Below, one piece after another: positions 10,937 to 22,503 of a DNA stretch of 64,000 bases (positions are counted from its first letter, which is position 1; every line of letters starts with the position of its first letter). This stretch comes from TPA_inf: Saccharomyces (lineage: Eukaryota), in contig BK006939.2 of assembly GCA_000146045.2 (NCBI GenBank), forward strand, positions 224,001 through 288,000, read 5' to 3'. Both the position numbers and the translations under genes were made by a program. The notes beneath the pieces were generated by a model. The model worked only from the letters and a program-made list of their open reading frames with translations. It ran no database searches and was not told where the DNA came from.

Positions 10937-11491
10937 ATGTCGTCGCTTATTTCAAAAACCATTAAGTATGATCCAGCCAAGGATAAATTAATCACATTAG
11001 CATGTGGATGTTTTTGGGGTACAGAACATATGTATAGGAAGTATTTGAATGACCGTATAGTGGATTGTAAAGTAGGTTACGCTAATGGAGAAGAGTCTAA
11101 AAAGGATAGCCCCTCTAGTGTCTCTTATAAGAGAGTTTGTGGTGGTGACACAGATTTTGCGGAGGTTTTACAAGTATCCTATAATCCCAAAGTGATAACT
11201 TTGAGAGAATTAACTGATTTCTTTTTTAGAATCCATGATCCTACTACATCTAATTCACAAGGACCTGATAAAGGTACACAGTATCGCAGTGGATTGTTCG
11301 CTCATTCAGATGCTGATTTAAAAGAATTAGCCAAAATAAAGGAAGAATGGCAACCAAAATGGGGTAATAAGATTGCCACAGTTATTGAACCAATCAAGAA
11401 CTTTTACGATGCTGAAGAATACCACCAGTTATATTTAGATAAGAATCCACAGGGATATGCATGCCCTACTCATTATCTGAGAGAAATGTAG
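10937..11491 (+). CDS. MXR1: peptide methionine-S-sulfoxide reductase (MsrA), 184 aa
   Basis: The MsrA active-site motif GCFWG is present at the start (ACGCFWGTEHMY). Length is 184 aa. Confidence 0.92.
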   Translation: MSSLISKTIKYDPAKDKLITLACGCFWGTEHMYRKYLNDRIVDCKVGYANGEESKKDSPSSVSYKRVCGGDTDFAEVLQVSYNPKVITLRELTDFFFRIHDPTTSNSQGPDKGTQYRSGLFAHSDADLKELAKIKEEWQPKWGNKIATVIEPIKNFYDAEEYHQLYLDKNPQGYACPTHYLREM

Positions 11492-11769
11492 CTTTTTTAG
11501 TGTACGTGCCCTTATTTATGAAAAAAAGTCAAGTGCATGAATGAAATATTTACTGTTGAAGAATTTATTATATATATAGGTATACAGGATCTATCTTTTC
11601 GATAACGTAACTTAGTATCACATGTATTAGTATTAATACTGTGATAGGATTGTTAGCTGTTGTTTTTATATTTGCAATTTATTTATGATCTTTTTTGATG
11701 ATCAAACCGTTGAGTTTTTGAACATTAAAAAATAGTGAGAAAGAAGAACTGAAATGGGAATTGAATTGA

Positions 11770-13119
11770 TCAATATCTGTAGTGGTCGGCCTTGAATGGA
11801 CCTTCTTCTGGAATACCCAAGTATTCAGATTGGACTTTACTCAATTTAGTCAATCTAACACCCAAGTTGCCCAAGTGGAACTTAGCGACAGCTTCATCCA
11901 AGATCTTTGGCAAAACGTGGACACCAACTTCGAATGGGCCTGTCTTTTGGAATTCAATGTGCTTTTCTCTGAAAGACTTATCGTTAGACTTGAACAAAGC
12001 AATTTGAGCTAAGACTTGGTTAGAGAAGGAACAAGACATAACGAAAGATGAGTGACCAGTAGCACAACCCAAGTTAACTAATCTACCGTTAGCCAACAAG
12101 ATGACGTGTCTACCAGAAGACAACAAGTAACGGTCGACTTGTGGTTTGATGTTAATACATTCTTTAGCGTTAGCCTTTAACCAGGCGACATCAATTTCGA
12201 TATCGAAATGGCCAATGTTACAAACAATGGCATCTTCTGGCATGTTGATGAAATGTTCACCGTTGATAATATCTCTACAACCAGTGGTGGTAACGAAAAC
12301 TTGACCAATGTGGGATGCATCTTCCATGGTAACAACTTGGTAGCCTTCCATGGCAGCTTGTAAAGCGTTGATTGGGTCAATTTCGGTAACCAAGACACGA
12401 GCACCCATTCCTCTTAAGGCAGCAGCACAACCCTTACCGACATCACCGTAACCAGCAACAACGGCAACCTTACCAGCCAACATGACATCAGTGGCTCTCT
12501 TAATACCGTCGACTAAGGATTCTCTACAGCCGTACAAGTTGTCAAACTTGGACTTAGTGACGGAGTCGTTAACGTTAATGGCAGGAACCTTTAACTTGCC
12601 TTCTTTGACCATTCTGTATAAGTGGTGAACACCGGTGGTAGTTTCTTCGGAAAGACCAAAGCAGTCTTCCAGCATTTCAGGGTGCTTTTCATGAACTAAA
12701 GTGGTTAAATCACCACCATCATCTAAGATCAAGTTCAATTTCTTGTTGTCCTTGAAGGCAAACAATTGTTGTTCAATACACCACAAATACTCTTCTTCAG
12801 TTTCACCCTTCCAGGCAAAAACTGGAACACCGGAAGCGGCAATAGCAGCGGCGGCATGATCTTGAGTCGAATAGATGTTACAAGAGGACCAGGTAACTTC
12901 GGCACCCAAAGCAACTAAAGTTTCAATTAAAACAGCAGTTTGAATGGTCATGTGCAAACAACCAGCAATACGGGCGCCTTTCAAAGGTTGGACGTCACCG
13001 TAAGCCTTTCTGATGGCCATCAAACCTGGCATTTCATGTTCAGCCAATTCGATTTCCTTTCTACCGAAGGCAGCCAAAGAGATATCAGCGATTTTGTAGT
13101 TTTGAGCTGGAGCAGACAT
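11770..13119 (-). CDS. SAH1: S-adenosyl-L-homocysteine hydrolase, 449 aa
   Basis: The translation [34 protein letters not shown] carries AdoHcyase family signatures with an NAD-binding Rossmann region. Codon bias is strong. Confidence 0.95.
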   Translation of the reverse strand: MSAPAQNYKIADISLAAFGRKEIELAEHEMPGLMAIRKAYGDVQPLKGARIAGCLHMTIQTAVLIETLVALGAEVTWSSCNIYSTQDHAAAAIAASGVPVFAWKGETEEEYLWCIEQQLFAFKDNKKLNLILDDGGDLTTLVHEKHPEMLEDCFGLSEETTTGVHHLYRMVKEGKLKVPAINVNDSVTKSKFDNLYGCRESLVDGIKRATDVMLAGKVAVVAGYGDVGKGCAAALRGMGARVLVTEIDPINALQAAMEGYQVVTMEDASHIGQVFVTTTGCRDIINGEHFINMPEDAIVCNIGHFDIEIDVAWLKANAKECINIKPQVDRYLLSSGRHVILLANGRLVNLGCATGHSSFVMSCSFSNQVLAQIALFKSNDKSFREKHIEFQKTGPFEVGVHVLPKILDEAVAKFHLGNLGVRLTKLSKVQSEYLGIPEEGPFKADHYRY

Positions 13120-13354
13120 TGGGAATTGTTCTTTTTGTCAGTTGGGTTATTTCGAGGAGAAGAGGATTTTCAGAAAGAAAGAAAAACAAATAGGAATGGA
13201 ATCATGGAGTTAATAAACCACGTTACTAAATAAGAGATTGGAAAATCTAAAATACGGCTTCGAGGTCGTTTAATTTTCTTTTTCCTCTGAAAATTTTCTT
13301 TCTTTTTCGGCCTTAGCCTGTGAAAATTTCGGCCGAAAAAAAAGCCAACGAGAT

Positions 13355-13360
13355 CACGTG
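13355..13360. promoter_or_regulatory. CACGTG E-box (ATCACGTGC; Cbf1 / Ino2-Ino4 / Pho4-type) about 240 bp upstream of SAH1
   Basis: The motif is read directly. SAH1 is known to be co-regulated with phospholipid and methyl-cycle genes. Confidence 0.4.
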
Positions 13361-13569
13361 CACAGAAATATCTGCGTTAGAGGAGAGAGGTAGGGATACT
13401 TACAGAAATGAAGCCAAATTGGCAGCTTTTTGAGAAATAATCATGAATGATAAACAATTGCTGTTAAATAATGTACGGAAGGTTTGGATAAAGGTTGCTA
13501 TAGGCATTATATAAATAAATCATCTCTATATAATTTTTTTTACAGGATATGCTTGCCCTTACATCAGAA

Positions 13570-14016
13570 TTACCAAGCAACACCAGTGTAGTATTCTCTT
13601 TGTTTGTACATCCAAACCAAAGAGGTGGTTGAGACAACCAATGGACCCATGAATCCCTTTCCCAACTTACAAGTTCTAAAGATCAATAATTCAGAGCCGA
13701 AGTGGAATAGGGCAACCATATAAGACATGAAGACCAATTCGAAAATGTGTGGTTCATTCAAGTACATAGCCCCATAGAATCTGATAACACAGGAAATAAA
13801 GGTCCAAGTACCGAAAGTTCTTGCACTCAAATGGGTTGTTTCAGTGGGTTTTCTTTCGTAGACTTTACGTGTCAATTCTAAACCAGAAACGTAAGTCTGG
13901 ATAGAATTGAAGACTGATACAATGGAAATGAAAAGTAACCATTTTGGTAAGTAACCTTTTGGCATTGCTGCCAAGGTGGTCTTGGTTGTAGTTATTACGT
14001 CTTGTAGGCTGAACAT
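13570..14016 (-). CDS. ERG28: ergosterol biosynthesis ER scaffold protein, 148 aa
   Basis: The translation MFSLQDVITTTKTTLAAMPKGYLPKWLLF encodes a small two-TM membrane protein. The 148-aa length and position match YER044C. Confidence 0.88.
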   Translation of the reverse strand: MFSLQDVITTTKTTLAAMPKGYLPKWLLFISIVSVFNSIQTYVSGLELTRKVYERKPTETTHLSARTFGTWTFISCVIRFYGAMYLNEPHIFELVFMSYMVALFHFGSELLIFRTCKLGKGFMGPLVVSTTSLVWMYKQREYYTGVAW

Positions 14017-14459
14017 TATCTGATACTTTAGTGTATTTGAATCCTTCGATACTATGGTCTAGCTAGTGTCAAGAATATAAAAACCTGAAATTAGTCAATG
14101 CGTTTACGTCAAAAATAGTAGCAATAGTAAAGCAAAACAACAGGCTTGTTCAGCTTAGTTTTATATACGGGGGTAGAGAATACAATGGATCGTACCTTTT
14201 TTTTTGTTTCCTGTTCGTTCCGTCCCCGAACGAAAAAATCATAAAATAGAAGTTTCCTATCGGTAATACCGTAAAGTTTAATTCAGTTCGTATAAGATTA
14301 GGTTAATCATGGGCAAGTCCGGAAGAAGCGTTTTAATGTAGGTCTGTTGGGGAAGATGTTGTGTTCACTGTAATTTTCAACTGAAGTTGTTGTCCCCGAA
14401 ATGAAAGAGCTTTCGATATTTTTGTGTTTTATAATGCGCCTCCTACTGCAAAAGAAAAA

Positions 14460-15774
14460 TTAAATGTTTTCTGTCTCATTGAACCATCTTGACAATCGAA
14501 AGCGCGCTATCAAATTTCTTTCGGCAGTAATTAATAAGGCCGCCTGTATATATTTCCTTTTCTTCTGAAGCGATATTTCATGAGCCGGAAATTTTTCCAG
14601 GAAAGGTTTTAAGTGCTGCCATTCAATGCTTTCAAATGTCTCGAGCAATGATAGAATAACTATCTTGAGTATTTTCAATAGACCCCCTAACTCTTTTTCT
14701 GGGACACCGCTTATTACACTGTAAAAGTTCTTTAAGTAGGTTTTCTTCAAACTCAATTCTCTTTCGAGGTATACTCGACAGTACGCCTTTTTCCGGTTGA
14801 TGCATATTAGTTTATGCTTCGATACAAATCTAATAAGTACATGTATCAGACTTTCGATGATGATAAGTATGTGTTCAATTAATTTCAGAACAGATACGTA
14901 TTTTAATATCTGCGGTTCAAATGTTTGGTTTGTCTTGATTTTGATGAGTTGAATGTTAATAATAGAGTAAATAAGGGTAAAATGCAACGAACACAAGCGC
15001 TTGTAGTCAACTTTATCACATAAATGTTTGCCATCTCCCTGGTCGTAAAAGTTTTGAAGCCATTTTGGATCGTTTTGGTTCTTCTTCAATAAAATTCTAT
15101 TAAACAGAAACTTGGCGATGAAATTGAAAACATGAACGTCTATCAGTGTCCTCTTAAAAGAAGAATCAGAATCTATGCGATGCGAATAATGAGAAACTAA
15201 CAAGATTTGGAGTGTTTGAAACACTTGCGATAACCCTCTAAAGTCAATTTCTTTTGTTTTTAAGCTCAGGATTTTTAGCAGAATTTTATATCTCGGTAAA
15301 AACCAGTTGTTTATATCAGCAGTTGATACATCTTTGCTAAATGATTGCAGCTCCTTTAAACCAACTGCATCTTCGAAGCTTTTGTACTTATTCTGGCAAA
15401 GGAAATTGTATATAGGTTCCAGATGAGCAAACAGTGATTTATTATTCAAAAATCCATTTTCGAAAGGCGCAACCCATTTGTATATATGTTTTGAGTTTTC
15501 CCGAGGATTTATTTTTAAATTTTTTTCACTCTTGAGAGCACCTACATCTTCGACATCTCCTTTCTTTCTTGAAAGTGCCCTCTTCCACAACGTAGGATTC
15601 CTGGATTGAATTAAAGCAAAACACTGTCATAGATAATATTCGAGGAGATTACACCTCTTACTAAAAGTTAGTAAAGAGAAAATAGGTTAAGGATGTGACA
15701 ATTTCACGTACGATTATCCAGTCAACTTCCGATGTTTCCTTTTGTTCCATATCTTCCAGTTTGCCTCTACTCAT
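14460..15774 (-). CDS. MEI4: meiotic DSB-formation protein; two exons (exon1 15712-15774, intron 15624-15711, exon2 14460-15623), 408 aa
   Basis: Exon 1 ATGAGTAGAGGCAAACTGGAAGATATGGAACAAAAGGAAACATCGGAAGTTGACTGGATAATC is followed by the 5'SS GTACGT. The branch point TACTAAC is at 15673-15667 (minus strand). An 88-nt intron ends with AG at 15625-15624, and exon 2 continues ...CFALIQSRNPTLWKRALSRKKGDVEDVG. Total is 1227 nt, giving 408 aa. Confidence 0.8.
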
Positions 15775-15862
15775 GTCCTTACTCTTCTAAAAGATTATTT
15801 AATGAAACTGTTTCACAACTACAAGATGTTTGTTATGTTTTCTTTTACAAGTCGGAAACATT

Positions 15863-15872
15863 TAGCCGCCCA
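15863..15872. promoter_or_regulatory. URS1-like element TAGCCGCCCA (Ume6 site, consensus TAGCCGCCGA) about 90 bp upstream of the MEI4 ATG
   Basis: Nine of ten positions match URS1 and the GCCGCC core is intact. MEI4 is an early meiotic gene by established knowledge. Confidence 0.55.
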
Positions 15873-16031
15873 GCAATATATATGACTCCGAAAGAAAATG
15901 AAAGGAAATACATACATAGTAAAATAAATCGTTTAAACATAAATAATCGTACAGAGGAAAACATTAAGGAAGGAGAGTCAAACTAATGTACTGGGAATTT
16001 GGATCTCCCATAAGAAGTATGCGCAATACTT

Positions 16032-17501
16032 TTATTCATCATATAGACTGGAGCTGCGTATCATTTCTTCAATCATTTTCAGAAACCCGTTAACATCACT
16101 ATCCTTGTTTTGAAGGCTTTGATAACTATTATTACCACCATTAATTGTGCATTCTTGCATGTGCAACCTCGAAATTTTCTTCATTTTTTGAACCAATTTT
16201 TCGTAATTTTCAATTTTTTTCTTCATCATTGTGTTTTCTTTGCTTATTTGGTCAAATTCCCTTTGAAGTTGTAATTGTGACATTTTCTTTCTCTGTCGAC
16301 ACTTGGAAGCGGCAATTCTGTTTCGTTCTAGTAGCCTTGCACGCTTCCAAGCTTTAGCACCGTCTTTCAAGCCTGCAGTATTGTTCTCTATTTTTTGGGG
16401 TCTAGCTTCCTGCTTTATTTGGAAGGTTGCTGTAGTGTGCATAGAGGAGAAGGGCGCGGTATGTACGTCTTTCTCACTATTAATATTGTTTTTCAGTGCA
16501 GAAGTGGCATCCTTGTATTGTGGTTTTGAGTTGGCATGTGTTAAATTGACATCAGGGCATTTCGATTCGTATGGAAGGCTGCTTGAAATATTCAACTCGG
16601 CATTTTGGCAGGAATTATTAACAGTGTGGTGATTAACGCCATGGGAAATTGAAGAATGGACGGATTGATTTTCGATATTATGATCATTAATGTTTTGGCA
16701 GGAAGAAGAAGAGGAAACGGAAGAATTAGAGGCTGGAGTACATGGATGCACATTCAATTGAGCGTTTTTCCATGCCTTAGTTTGCATTTGAGCTTGTAAT
16801 CGGAGTTGCATGTTGATGTAAGCCTGATTCATTGTGGAATCGCCAGATGGGATAGAAGGCGTGGCAGAAGGAATGTCACAAGTGGCTGCTACTGCGGGTA
16901 TGTTAAGCTTTATATTGCTATCATACGGGGTCATTGCAGCGTAGATATTCTTGCTACCTGTTTGAGGTGCAGCTTCGGGTATGACTGTAGCTTGTTCGTG
17001 TGGTTGTGGCACGTTTTGCAATTCGTTCGAGCTAAAGCTTGGGTATATGGCTGCGCTTGGATTTGCCACCTGTTGAGGATTGGGATTCTGTTGCGCCTTA
17101 GACGATAGGATCGGAGGCTGACAGTTGTAAAGATTTTCAACCGTTTCTAAGTCTTCGCCTAATTGACTAATCTGACCATTGGAGATAGATATGCGTCTTT
17201 TGTACACGGGCTGATCAAACGCTGGTAAAGAACTTTGAAAAATGGGAGGGTTGGTAATGGGAAGATGGCTGATGTCGACGCCAAAGGGTTGAAACATTGG
17301 ACCCAGGTTTTCTTGCACGCTACGGTCATGCAAACTGTTTTGGTGATGAAAATTGTAGGCAGAATCCACAAGACCAGGACCCGATGGTTGTTTGTATATA
17401 AGCTCCTTGTTTGAAGATAGAAAATCTGTATATAAGAGTGGGTTCTGCCTTCCATCTAGGAAAGAATCTGGACTTGTAGCAAAATTATGCTTATAGTCCA
17501 T
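16032..17501 (-). CDS. ACA1: ATF/CREB-family bZIP transcription factor, 489 aa
   Basis: A bZIP basic region KRARLLERNRIAASKCRQRKK and a leucine zipper lie at the C-terminus. The N-terminal region is Q/N/S-rich. Length is 489 aa. Confidence 0.88.
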   Translation of the reverse strand: MDYKHNFATSPDSFLDGRQNPLLYTDFLSSNKELIYKQPSGPGLVDSAYNFHHQNSLHDRSVQENLGPMFQPFGVDISHLPITNPPIFQSSLPAFDQPVYKRRISISNGQISQLGEDLETVENLYNCQPPILSSKAQQNPNPQQVANPSAAIYPSFSSNELQNVPQPHEQATVIPEAAPQTGSKNIYAAMTPYDSNIKLNIPAVAATCDIPSATPSIPSGDSTMNQAYINMQLRLQAQMQTKAWKNAQLNVHPCTPASNSSVSSSSSCQNINDHNIENQSVHSSISHGVNHHTVNNSCQNAELNISSSLPYESKCPDVNLTHANSKPQYKDATSALKNNINSEKDVHTAPFSSMHTTATFQIKQEARPQKIENNTAGLKDGAKAWKRARLLERNRIAASKCRQRKKMSQLQLQREFDQISKENTMMKKKIENYEKLVQKMKKISRLHMQECTINGGNNSYQSLQNKDSDVNGFLKMIEEMIRSSSLYDE

Positions 17502-17867
17502 ACTTTATTTGGTTCCTTAGTCGTTACCTGGTGTTATTCCAGTACTATTAATATAACTCAGTACAATTAGCTGCCGTGAAAAAAAAAAAATAATAAGAAT
17601 ACAGTTTCTGCGCTTTTAGTCGGTAAGCACTCAGATTGAGAGATCTAGATTTACTATATTTTAATAATAACCAGTTAAAGCAGATTTTGAAGATGAACTA
17701 ACATAAAAAAAATTGATGAATTATGTAACATAATCTTCTGTACCACCAGGGTAAATCGCCAAAGAATATCTGCATCTAAGAACAAAAGAAAATGGTGCCC
17801 TAAATATCTTTCAGATGAAAAACTAATTATATATCACTACTAAAAAAAGCCAGAAAAAGAAAAAAAG

Positions 17868-17908
17868 TAAAATAGAAAATAGAAAATAGAAAATAGAAAA
17901 ATAGAAAT
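17868..17908. repeat. tandem heptamer (AAAATAG)n, about 5 copies
   Basis: gaaaatagaaaatagaaaatagaaaaatagaaatt read directly. Confidence 0.85.
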
Positions 17909-19020
17909 TAAAATTAAGAGCATTTTAAAATTAAGTCTACAAAGTAATACTTGGCATATTGCTTAACTCCTCACGCAGAGCCTTAGCGTACCACTATTTT
18001 ATCTGATACCACAAAAAGCTGCGCTTTGATGGCCCAACGGGGATATAATCGCGCCACTGCTACTCATGTGCTGCAAACTAACAGTGCCAGCAGAAGCGAG
18101 CATTGAAAAACTAAACTTTGCCTTGTTCTGCTTACTTCATGCAGAGGTACAGCTTCGATGTCCTAAGGTTGAACATCATCTTGCTTCGATTTCGGTAGTA
18201 ATCATTTTGCCTGCACGCCATTGTATGAATCTCGTGCCACTCCCTTTTTAACTCCGAGATACAACTTTCCGTGGGGAAAAGTACCGTAGTATTGTAATTT
18301 CGAGAGCATCTTTACGGTAATTGCCCCTCCACACCCAGACGTTACACAACCCTTAGTAAACAGCTGCGGAAAAAAAGTGTGCCTACGCACTGTACGACTC
18401 CTGATTGATTCCTTCATTAGCACTGACTGGCTTACGGTGCACATAAGTTATTAAGAGCAGTTTAATTCAGTTGCTGAATAGTCACGTTGATGAGCACGAA
18501 TACCTGAAACACCAACGGTAATGAATCAATTGGCCTAGCGCATCGTTGTGTGCTTGGGTGTGCCGCACAATGGCAACCAAATACTGCTCGTTCCTGCACT
18601 TCGAAAGAAAAGCAGCCAAAAGAAAACGCGTTTTCCTTTGCGAGCGCTGGTTTGTTCCTCAGTTTGATAGAGGCGTTCAATTGGCAATTTGGGCACTAAC
18701 ACCGATGATAACAAGATATCTTGACTTTGACCTCTGATATTGAGGCGTTCCAACCAATAAGAGGGGCTGACGGTTGAAAATAAGGGTAAAAGAGAGCTAT
18801 TCGGGTTGGGTCGCAGATTAACTTAGAAAACATGTACATGCAAATGTTGTTTTTTACGTACAGAAAGAGGCTGATGGAACCAAAGGAAGCAATAATTTGC
18901 ACCTTGATATTTTGCGCTTTCTGCTTTTGAAACCTTATTATATGCCTTTACATATACTGTCACGCGACATTTTCACCTTCTACAGTGTTTAATGAAAATC
19001 TGGCTTGTGTGCATTATCTT

Positions 19021-19030
19021 TTTTGTGAAA
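19021..19030 (-). promoter_or_regulatory. candidate middle sporulation element (CACAAAA core, Ndt80 site) about 155 bp upstream of SPO73
   Basis: The reverse complement of ttttgtg is CACAAAA, matching the CRCAAAW core. Flanking bases fit poorly. Confidence 0.3.
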
Positions 19031-19179
19031 GTTTATCTCCGCTTAAACAAAGCGATTGAATCTTGTCTACGTAATTGGGCTCGTGGGACCAAAAGGCTAC
19101 TATTTTCCAGGAAATTGAAGACTTTGCAATCGTAACAAGGTTTCTTTCATCGTTAAAATACAATCATACATAGAGATAT

Positions 19180-19611
19180 ATGGGCAAAAACCATTTCTTG
19201 AAGGATTTCTCTGCTTTACCGGAGGACGTACTCATAGAAAACGAGAGAGGCATAACTTTACTTGGTTACCCACTATTTTCTCCCAAGATTTTACTGCCTC
19301 ACGTTGACCCACCACAATTTCAAAGACTAAACACTGAAAATGGCTCGTTAATTGCCCTGTCGAAAAATACTATATCGAACTTCATAGAACTGTATCCTAT
19401 CGATCTGAGTACTGAACGCACTGCAGGCAGTAGCAGTTCACAGATGACAAAGTGGTTCGTACTGATGGATTACAAGGAAAAGTACGATATTGACGATCAA
19501 GGATGGTGTTATAGCTGGAATTTCAATAACTCTAGGTGGAAATCGAAAAATGGCTTGGTGAGAAGAAGGGTCTGGGTAAGACTACCTACGACCAGTCATG
19601 GATTAGATTAG
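19180..19611 (+). CDS. SPO73: sporulation-specific protein needed for prospore membrane/spore wall, 143 aa
   Basis: Complete 143-aa ORF beginning MGKNHFLKDFSALPEDVLIENERGITLLGYPLF. Length and synteny match YER046W. Confidence 0.82.
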   Translation: MGKNHFLKDFSALPEDVLIENERGITLLGYPLFSPKILLPHVDPPQFQRLNTENGSLIALSKNTISNFIELYPIDLSTERTAGSSSSQMTKWFVLMDYKEKYDIDDQGWCYSWNFNNSRWKSKNGLVRRRVWVRLPTTSHGLD

Positions 19612-19652
19612 TAATAGTTTACGCTAATATTAAATTGTTTAACAAACTAAGT

Positions 19653-19690
19653 AGTCAAAAAAAAGAAAAAAAAAAAAAAAAAAAAGAAAA
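19653..19690. repeat. A-rich homopolymer tract (about 38 nt, A>90%) in the convergent SPO73/SAP1 3' region
   Basis: aaaaaaaagaaaaaaaaaaaaaaaaaaaagaaaag read directly. Confidence 0.9.
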
Positions 19691-19756
19691 GGTGACATTA
19701 TGCAGAACATATTTTATCGATCCGCTTATGTGCACACAGTTTGTCCAGCTAGGCTA

Positions 19757-19803
19757 GAATATTATTTATTATTACCATTATTATTATATTATTATTATTA
19801 TTA
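19757..19803. repeat. (ATT)n / (TTA)n trinucleotide repeat immediately 3' of the SAP1 stop
   Basis: ttattattaccattattattatattattattattattatcatcatcat read directly. Confidence 0.85.
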
Positions 19804-19809
19804 TCATCA

Positions 19810-22503
19810 TCATGAACCTGATGATCCGAATTGTGAAGCCCACTTTTCGTACTTCACTAATCCGTCCTGGGATACAGAGGGCTTGATATACACTAAACTG
19901 TTCTTAAAATCCACAAGGCCTATGGGTCTTATCATCTCCCTCTCTGTTTCTAATAACTTATCACCCAGATCTCGTAGTGGGCCCATGGCAGCATCCTTCG
20001 CTAAAGACGTTATATCACTTCCTGAATAGCCCTCAGTAATCTTTACCAGTTCATCAAAATCTGATTCGGTTAACGTGTGCTTTTGATGGGAAAGAAGCTT
20101 CTTAAATTGAACGTGTCTGGTCTGGTCCTCTGGTAATGGGATATATTGTCTTCTCACAAATCTTCTCCTTGCAGCCTCATCAATAGACCATGGTAAGTTT
20201 GTCGCGGCAAGTACCAGTACCCTTGTATCATCTTCGTCGCCATTGGTGTCAGAATTGTTAGTGTTACTTTTGTTTGAACCAGCCGCTGCGCTGGACAAGG
20301 ATGACCACTGAACAAGAAATTCATTCTTTATCCTTCGGCTTGACTCATTTTCATTTTCGTTATTCCTACTACCCATGATAGAGTCAATTTCATCAACAAA
20401 TATTATAGAAGGTGACAATTTTTTGGCAATTGCAAATAGTGCCCTCACTAATTTTTCACTTTCACCCAAGTATTTAGATGTCAAACTGGAAGCACTAATA
20501 GAGAAAAAGGTGGAGTGCGACTCTGTAGCTACAGCTCTCGCTAGCATTGTTTTACCTGTACCTGGTGGTCCAAATAAGAGCATCCCCCTGACTGGTTCAC
20601 GTAACCCCCTGAATAAGTCTGGTCTCAAAAACGGATAGACAACTGCTTCCTTCAAAGAATATTTTGCACTTTCTAAACCAGCAATATCATCCCAATGAAC
20701 TTCATCTCCGTGCACTACGATTTCGGCAAAAATTTGCTTTGCAGCTTGCCTATCTACACCTTGTAAACTATCAATAATTTCATCTTCTAAAATCTCCCTC
20801 AGGACTTTCTTGTCTATTTCAGGCTCTTCTCTTTGCTCATTTAGGGAAGTGGCATGTTCAGTGGCATCTTCTGTTCCAACATCTTCTATTTTTGGAGAAC
20901 CGATTTTTTTTTGTGCTGGTATTTTTCGATTCGTTTTACTCATAGACGTGGTTTGATTTTTCGATGGCTTCTTATTCTGGGATGCACCATGCGAGTATGG
21001 TTTTGAGTTACTTACAGGTCTGGAAGGATGGCTACTCGTTTTCTTCGAACTGGAATTTGGGACTTTCGCCGTTTTGGATTTCAAAATGGGGTGACTCTTC
21101 TTCGTAGTGTTTAATGCGGGGTTACTCGCAACCTTTTTGCTGTTCAGAACTCTCTTAGCAGCCATTGCAGCCGTTTTGGGTTTTTGAATTACTGAATTTG
21201 GAACAGTCAGAGAAGAGGTCGGAGACGATGCATTGGATTTGATGATTGGTTTTGTATTACTTTTTGATCTTGTAATAAATGTTGGCGTTGATTTAGTGAT
21301 AAGAGTGGGCGTTGATTTGGTACCCTTTAAGTATGGTACGTGATTATTCTTCATTAATTTTGATATTTGAGGATTCCTAATCTTTGATGAATCCATAGTA
21401 GTAGAAGTTTCTAAACTATGTGGCTTTAGAGCGCCAGTGCTGGACGCTCTATCGACATTTAATAAAGGAGGTGGAGGTAATGAAGGAAGAGCAGGGGCGG
21501 TAGTCGGCAGGGACTGTATGCATGATCCGGGAACATTTTCTGAAGAACTTACACTCTTATTACTGGACGTAGAAGAAGTAACAGACAAGTCAGACATTTG
21601 CTGTTGAATTGCTTCTAACGTTTTTATACGTCGTCTTTCCTCTTTTTCTTCTTCTTCTTCTTCTACGTCGACTTCGGAGAAATTATCATAGTAATCGGAC
21701 ACATCAAACTCGAAACCATCACTTTCTTCTTCATCAAAAACGTTGTGTCCTTTTAAAATGCCGACATCGTGATCATCCTCGTCATTAGTCAAATCTATCA
21801 ATATTGGCTCTGAGATATATTTATCTGAGTACAGTTCAGTTTCCTTCTTAAGTGGAGGATCATTGTGCTCAATAGGGTTCTTGTGCTGTCTGCTTGCATT
21901 GTTGGATAAAGGCTTAGAAGGTACAAAATTTACTCTAATGTTCTCCGCATCTTCTCCGCGTTTTATCGATGTGCTGTTACCATATGATGATAGTGAGGGG
22001 TTGGAGTATGCGGTTTTATAGCCGCATGCATTTCTATTTCTTAATGTTTTCATCATTCTTCCGGGAACCATTTGGAATACAGGAGGTGGTTCAGTAGACC
22101 TTGTGAAAGATGAGCTATGATTAGTGTATGTTTTGGATGACGGCATATCATTCCTGGGAGCAGGCTCTTCTCGGACCAATTTTTTGACTCTTTTCAAATG
22201 CATAACGCTCTTGTGGTACAATTCTCGAATACCGTTCTGTAAACTAACTTCATCTTTCGTGTATGATTGAGTATTTGGGTAGTTATGCTCTATCAATGTC
22301 TGTTTGAATAGTACATCAGTGGTAAGCGCTTTCCATCCTTGCAATGCTTCTTTATATCGTTTTTTCTCTTCTAGGTTCAAGTAATATATTGTCTCATTGG
22401 CAATTCTACTGTAAAGTTCTGTAAAGTCGGTTAACGGTTGTTGAGGTCTTCTCCGTATCTTGGTTAATCTCGTTAAAATATGATGGCTTCTTTGTGAATC
22501 CAT
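19810..22503 (-). CDS. SAP1: AAA+ ATPase (katanin/spastin-like), 897 aa from the ATG at 22503; an in-frame upstream ATG at 22527 would give 905 aa
   Basis: A C-terminal AAA module carries Walker A GPPGTGKT and Walker [10 protein letters not shown]. The N-terminal region is long and Ser/Thr/Lys-rich. Confidence 0.88.
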   Translation of the reverse strand: MDSQRSHHILTRLTKIRRRPQQPLTDFTELYSRIANETIYYLNLEEKKRYKEALQGWKALTTDVLFKQTLIEHNYPNTQSYTKDEVSLQNGIRELYHKSVMHLKRVKKLVREEPAPRNDMPSSKTYTNHSSSFTRSTEPPPVFQMVPGRMMKTLRNRNACGYKTAYSNPSLSSYGNSTSIKRGEDAENIRVNFVPSKPLSNNASRQHKNPIEHNDPPLKKETELYSDKYISEPILIDLTNDEDDHDVGILKGHNVFDEEESDGFEFDVSDYYDNFSEVDVEEEEEEKEERRRIKTLEAIQQQMSDLSVTSSTSSNKSVSSSENVPGSCIQSLPTTAPALPSLPPPPLLNVDRASSTGALKPHSLETSTTMDSSKIRNPQISKLMKNNHVPYLKGTKSTPTLITKSTPTFITRSKSNTKPIIKSNASSPTSSLTVPNSVIQKPKTAAMAAKRVLNSKKVASNPALNTTKKSHPILKSKTAKVPNSSSKKTSSHPSRPVSNSKPYSHGASQNKKPSKNQTTSMSKTNRKIPAQKKIGSPKIEDVGTEDATEHATSLNEQREEPEIDKKVLREILEDEIIDSLQGVDRQAAKQIFAEIVVHGDEVHWDDIAGLESAKYSLKEAVVYPFLRPDLFRGLREPVRGMLLFGPPGTGKTMLARAVATESHSTFFSISASSLTSKYLGESEKLVRALFAIAKKLSPSIIFVDEIDSIMGSRNNENENESSRRIKNEFLVQWSSLSSAAAGSNKSNTNNSDTNGDEDDTRVLVLAATNLPWSIDEAARRRFVRRQYIPLPEDQTRHVQFKKLLSHQKHTLTESDFDELVKITEGYSGSDITSLAKDAAMGPLRDLGDKLLETEREMIRPIGLVDFKNSLVYIKPSVSQDGLVKYEKWASQFGSSGS

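Noticed and set aside
17868-17908. Possibility that the (AAAATAG)n tandem repeat is a CRISPR-like array or minisatellite gene
   Set aside because: It has only ~5 perfect 7-bp units with no spacers. This is a eukaryotic nuclear genome, so CRISPR is not applicable. It is a simple tandem repeat.
19700-20029. 109-aa plus-strand ORF with YYYYYYHHH run overlapping the SAP1 3' end
   Set aside because: It is a translation of the (ATT)n repeat and antisense to the SAP1 C-terminus. It is not a gene.
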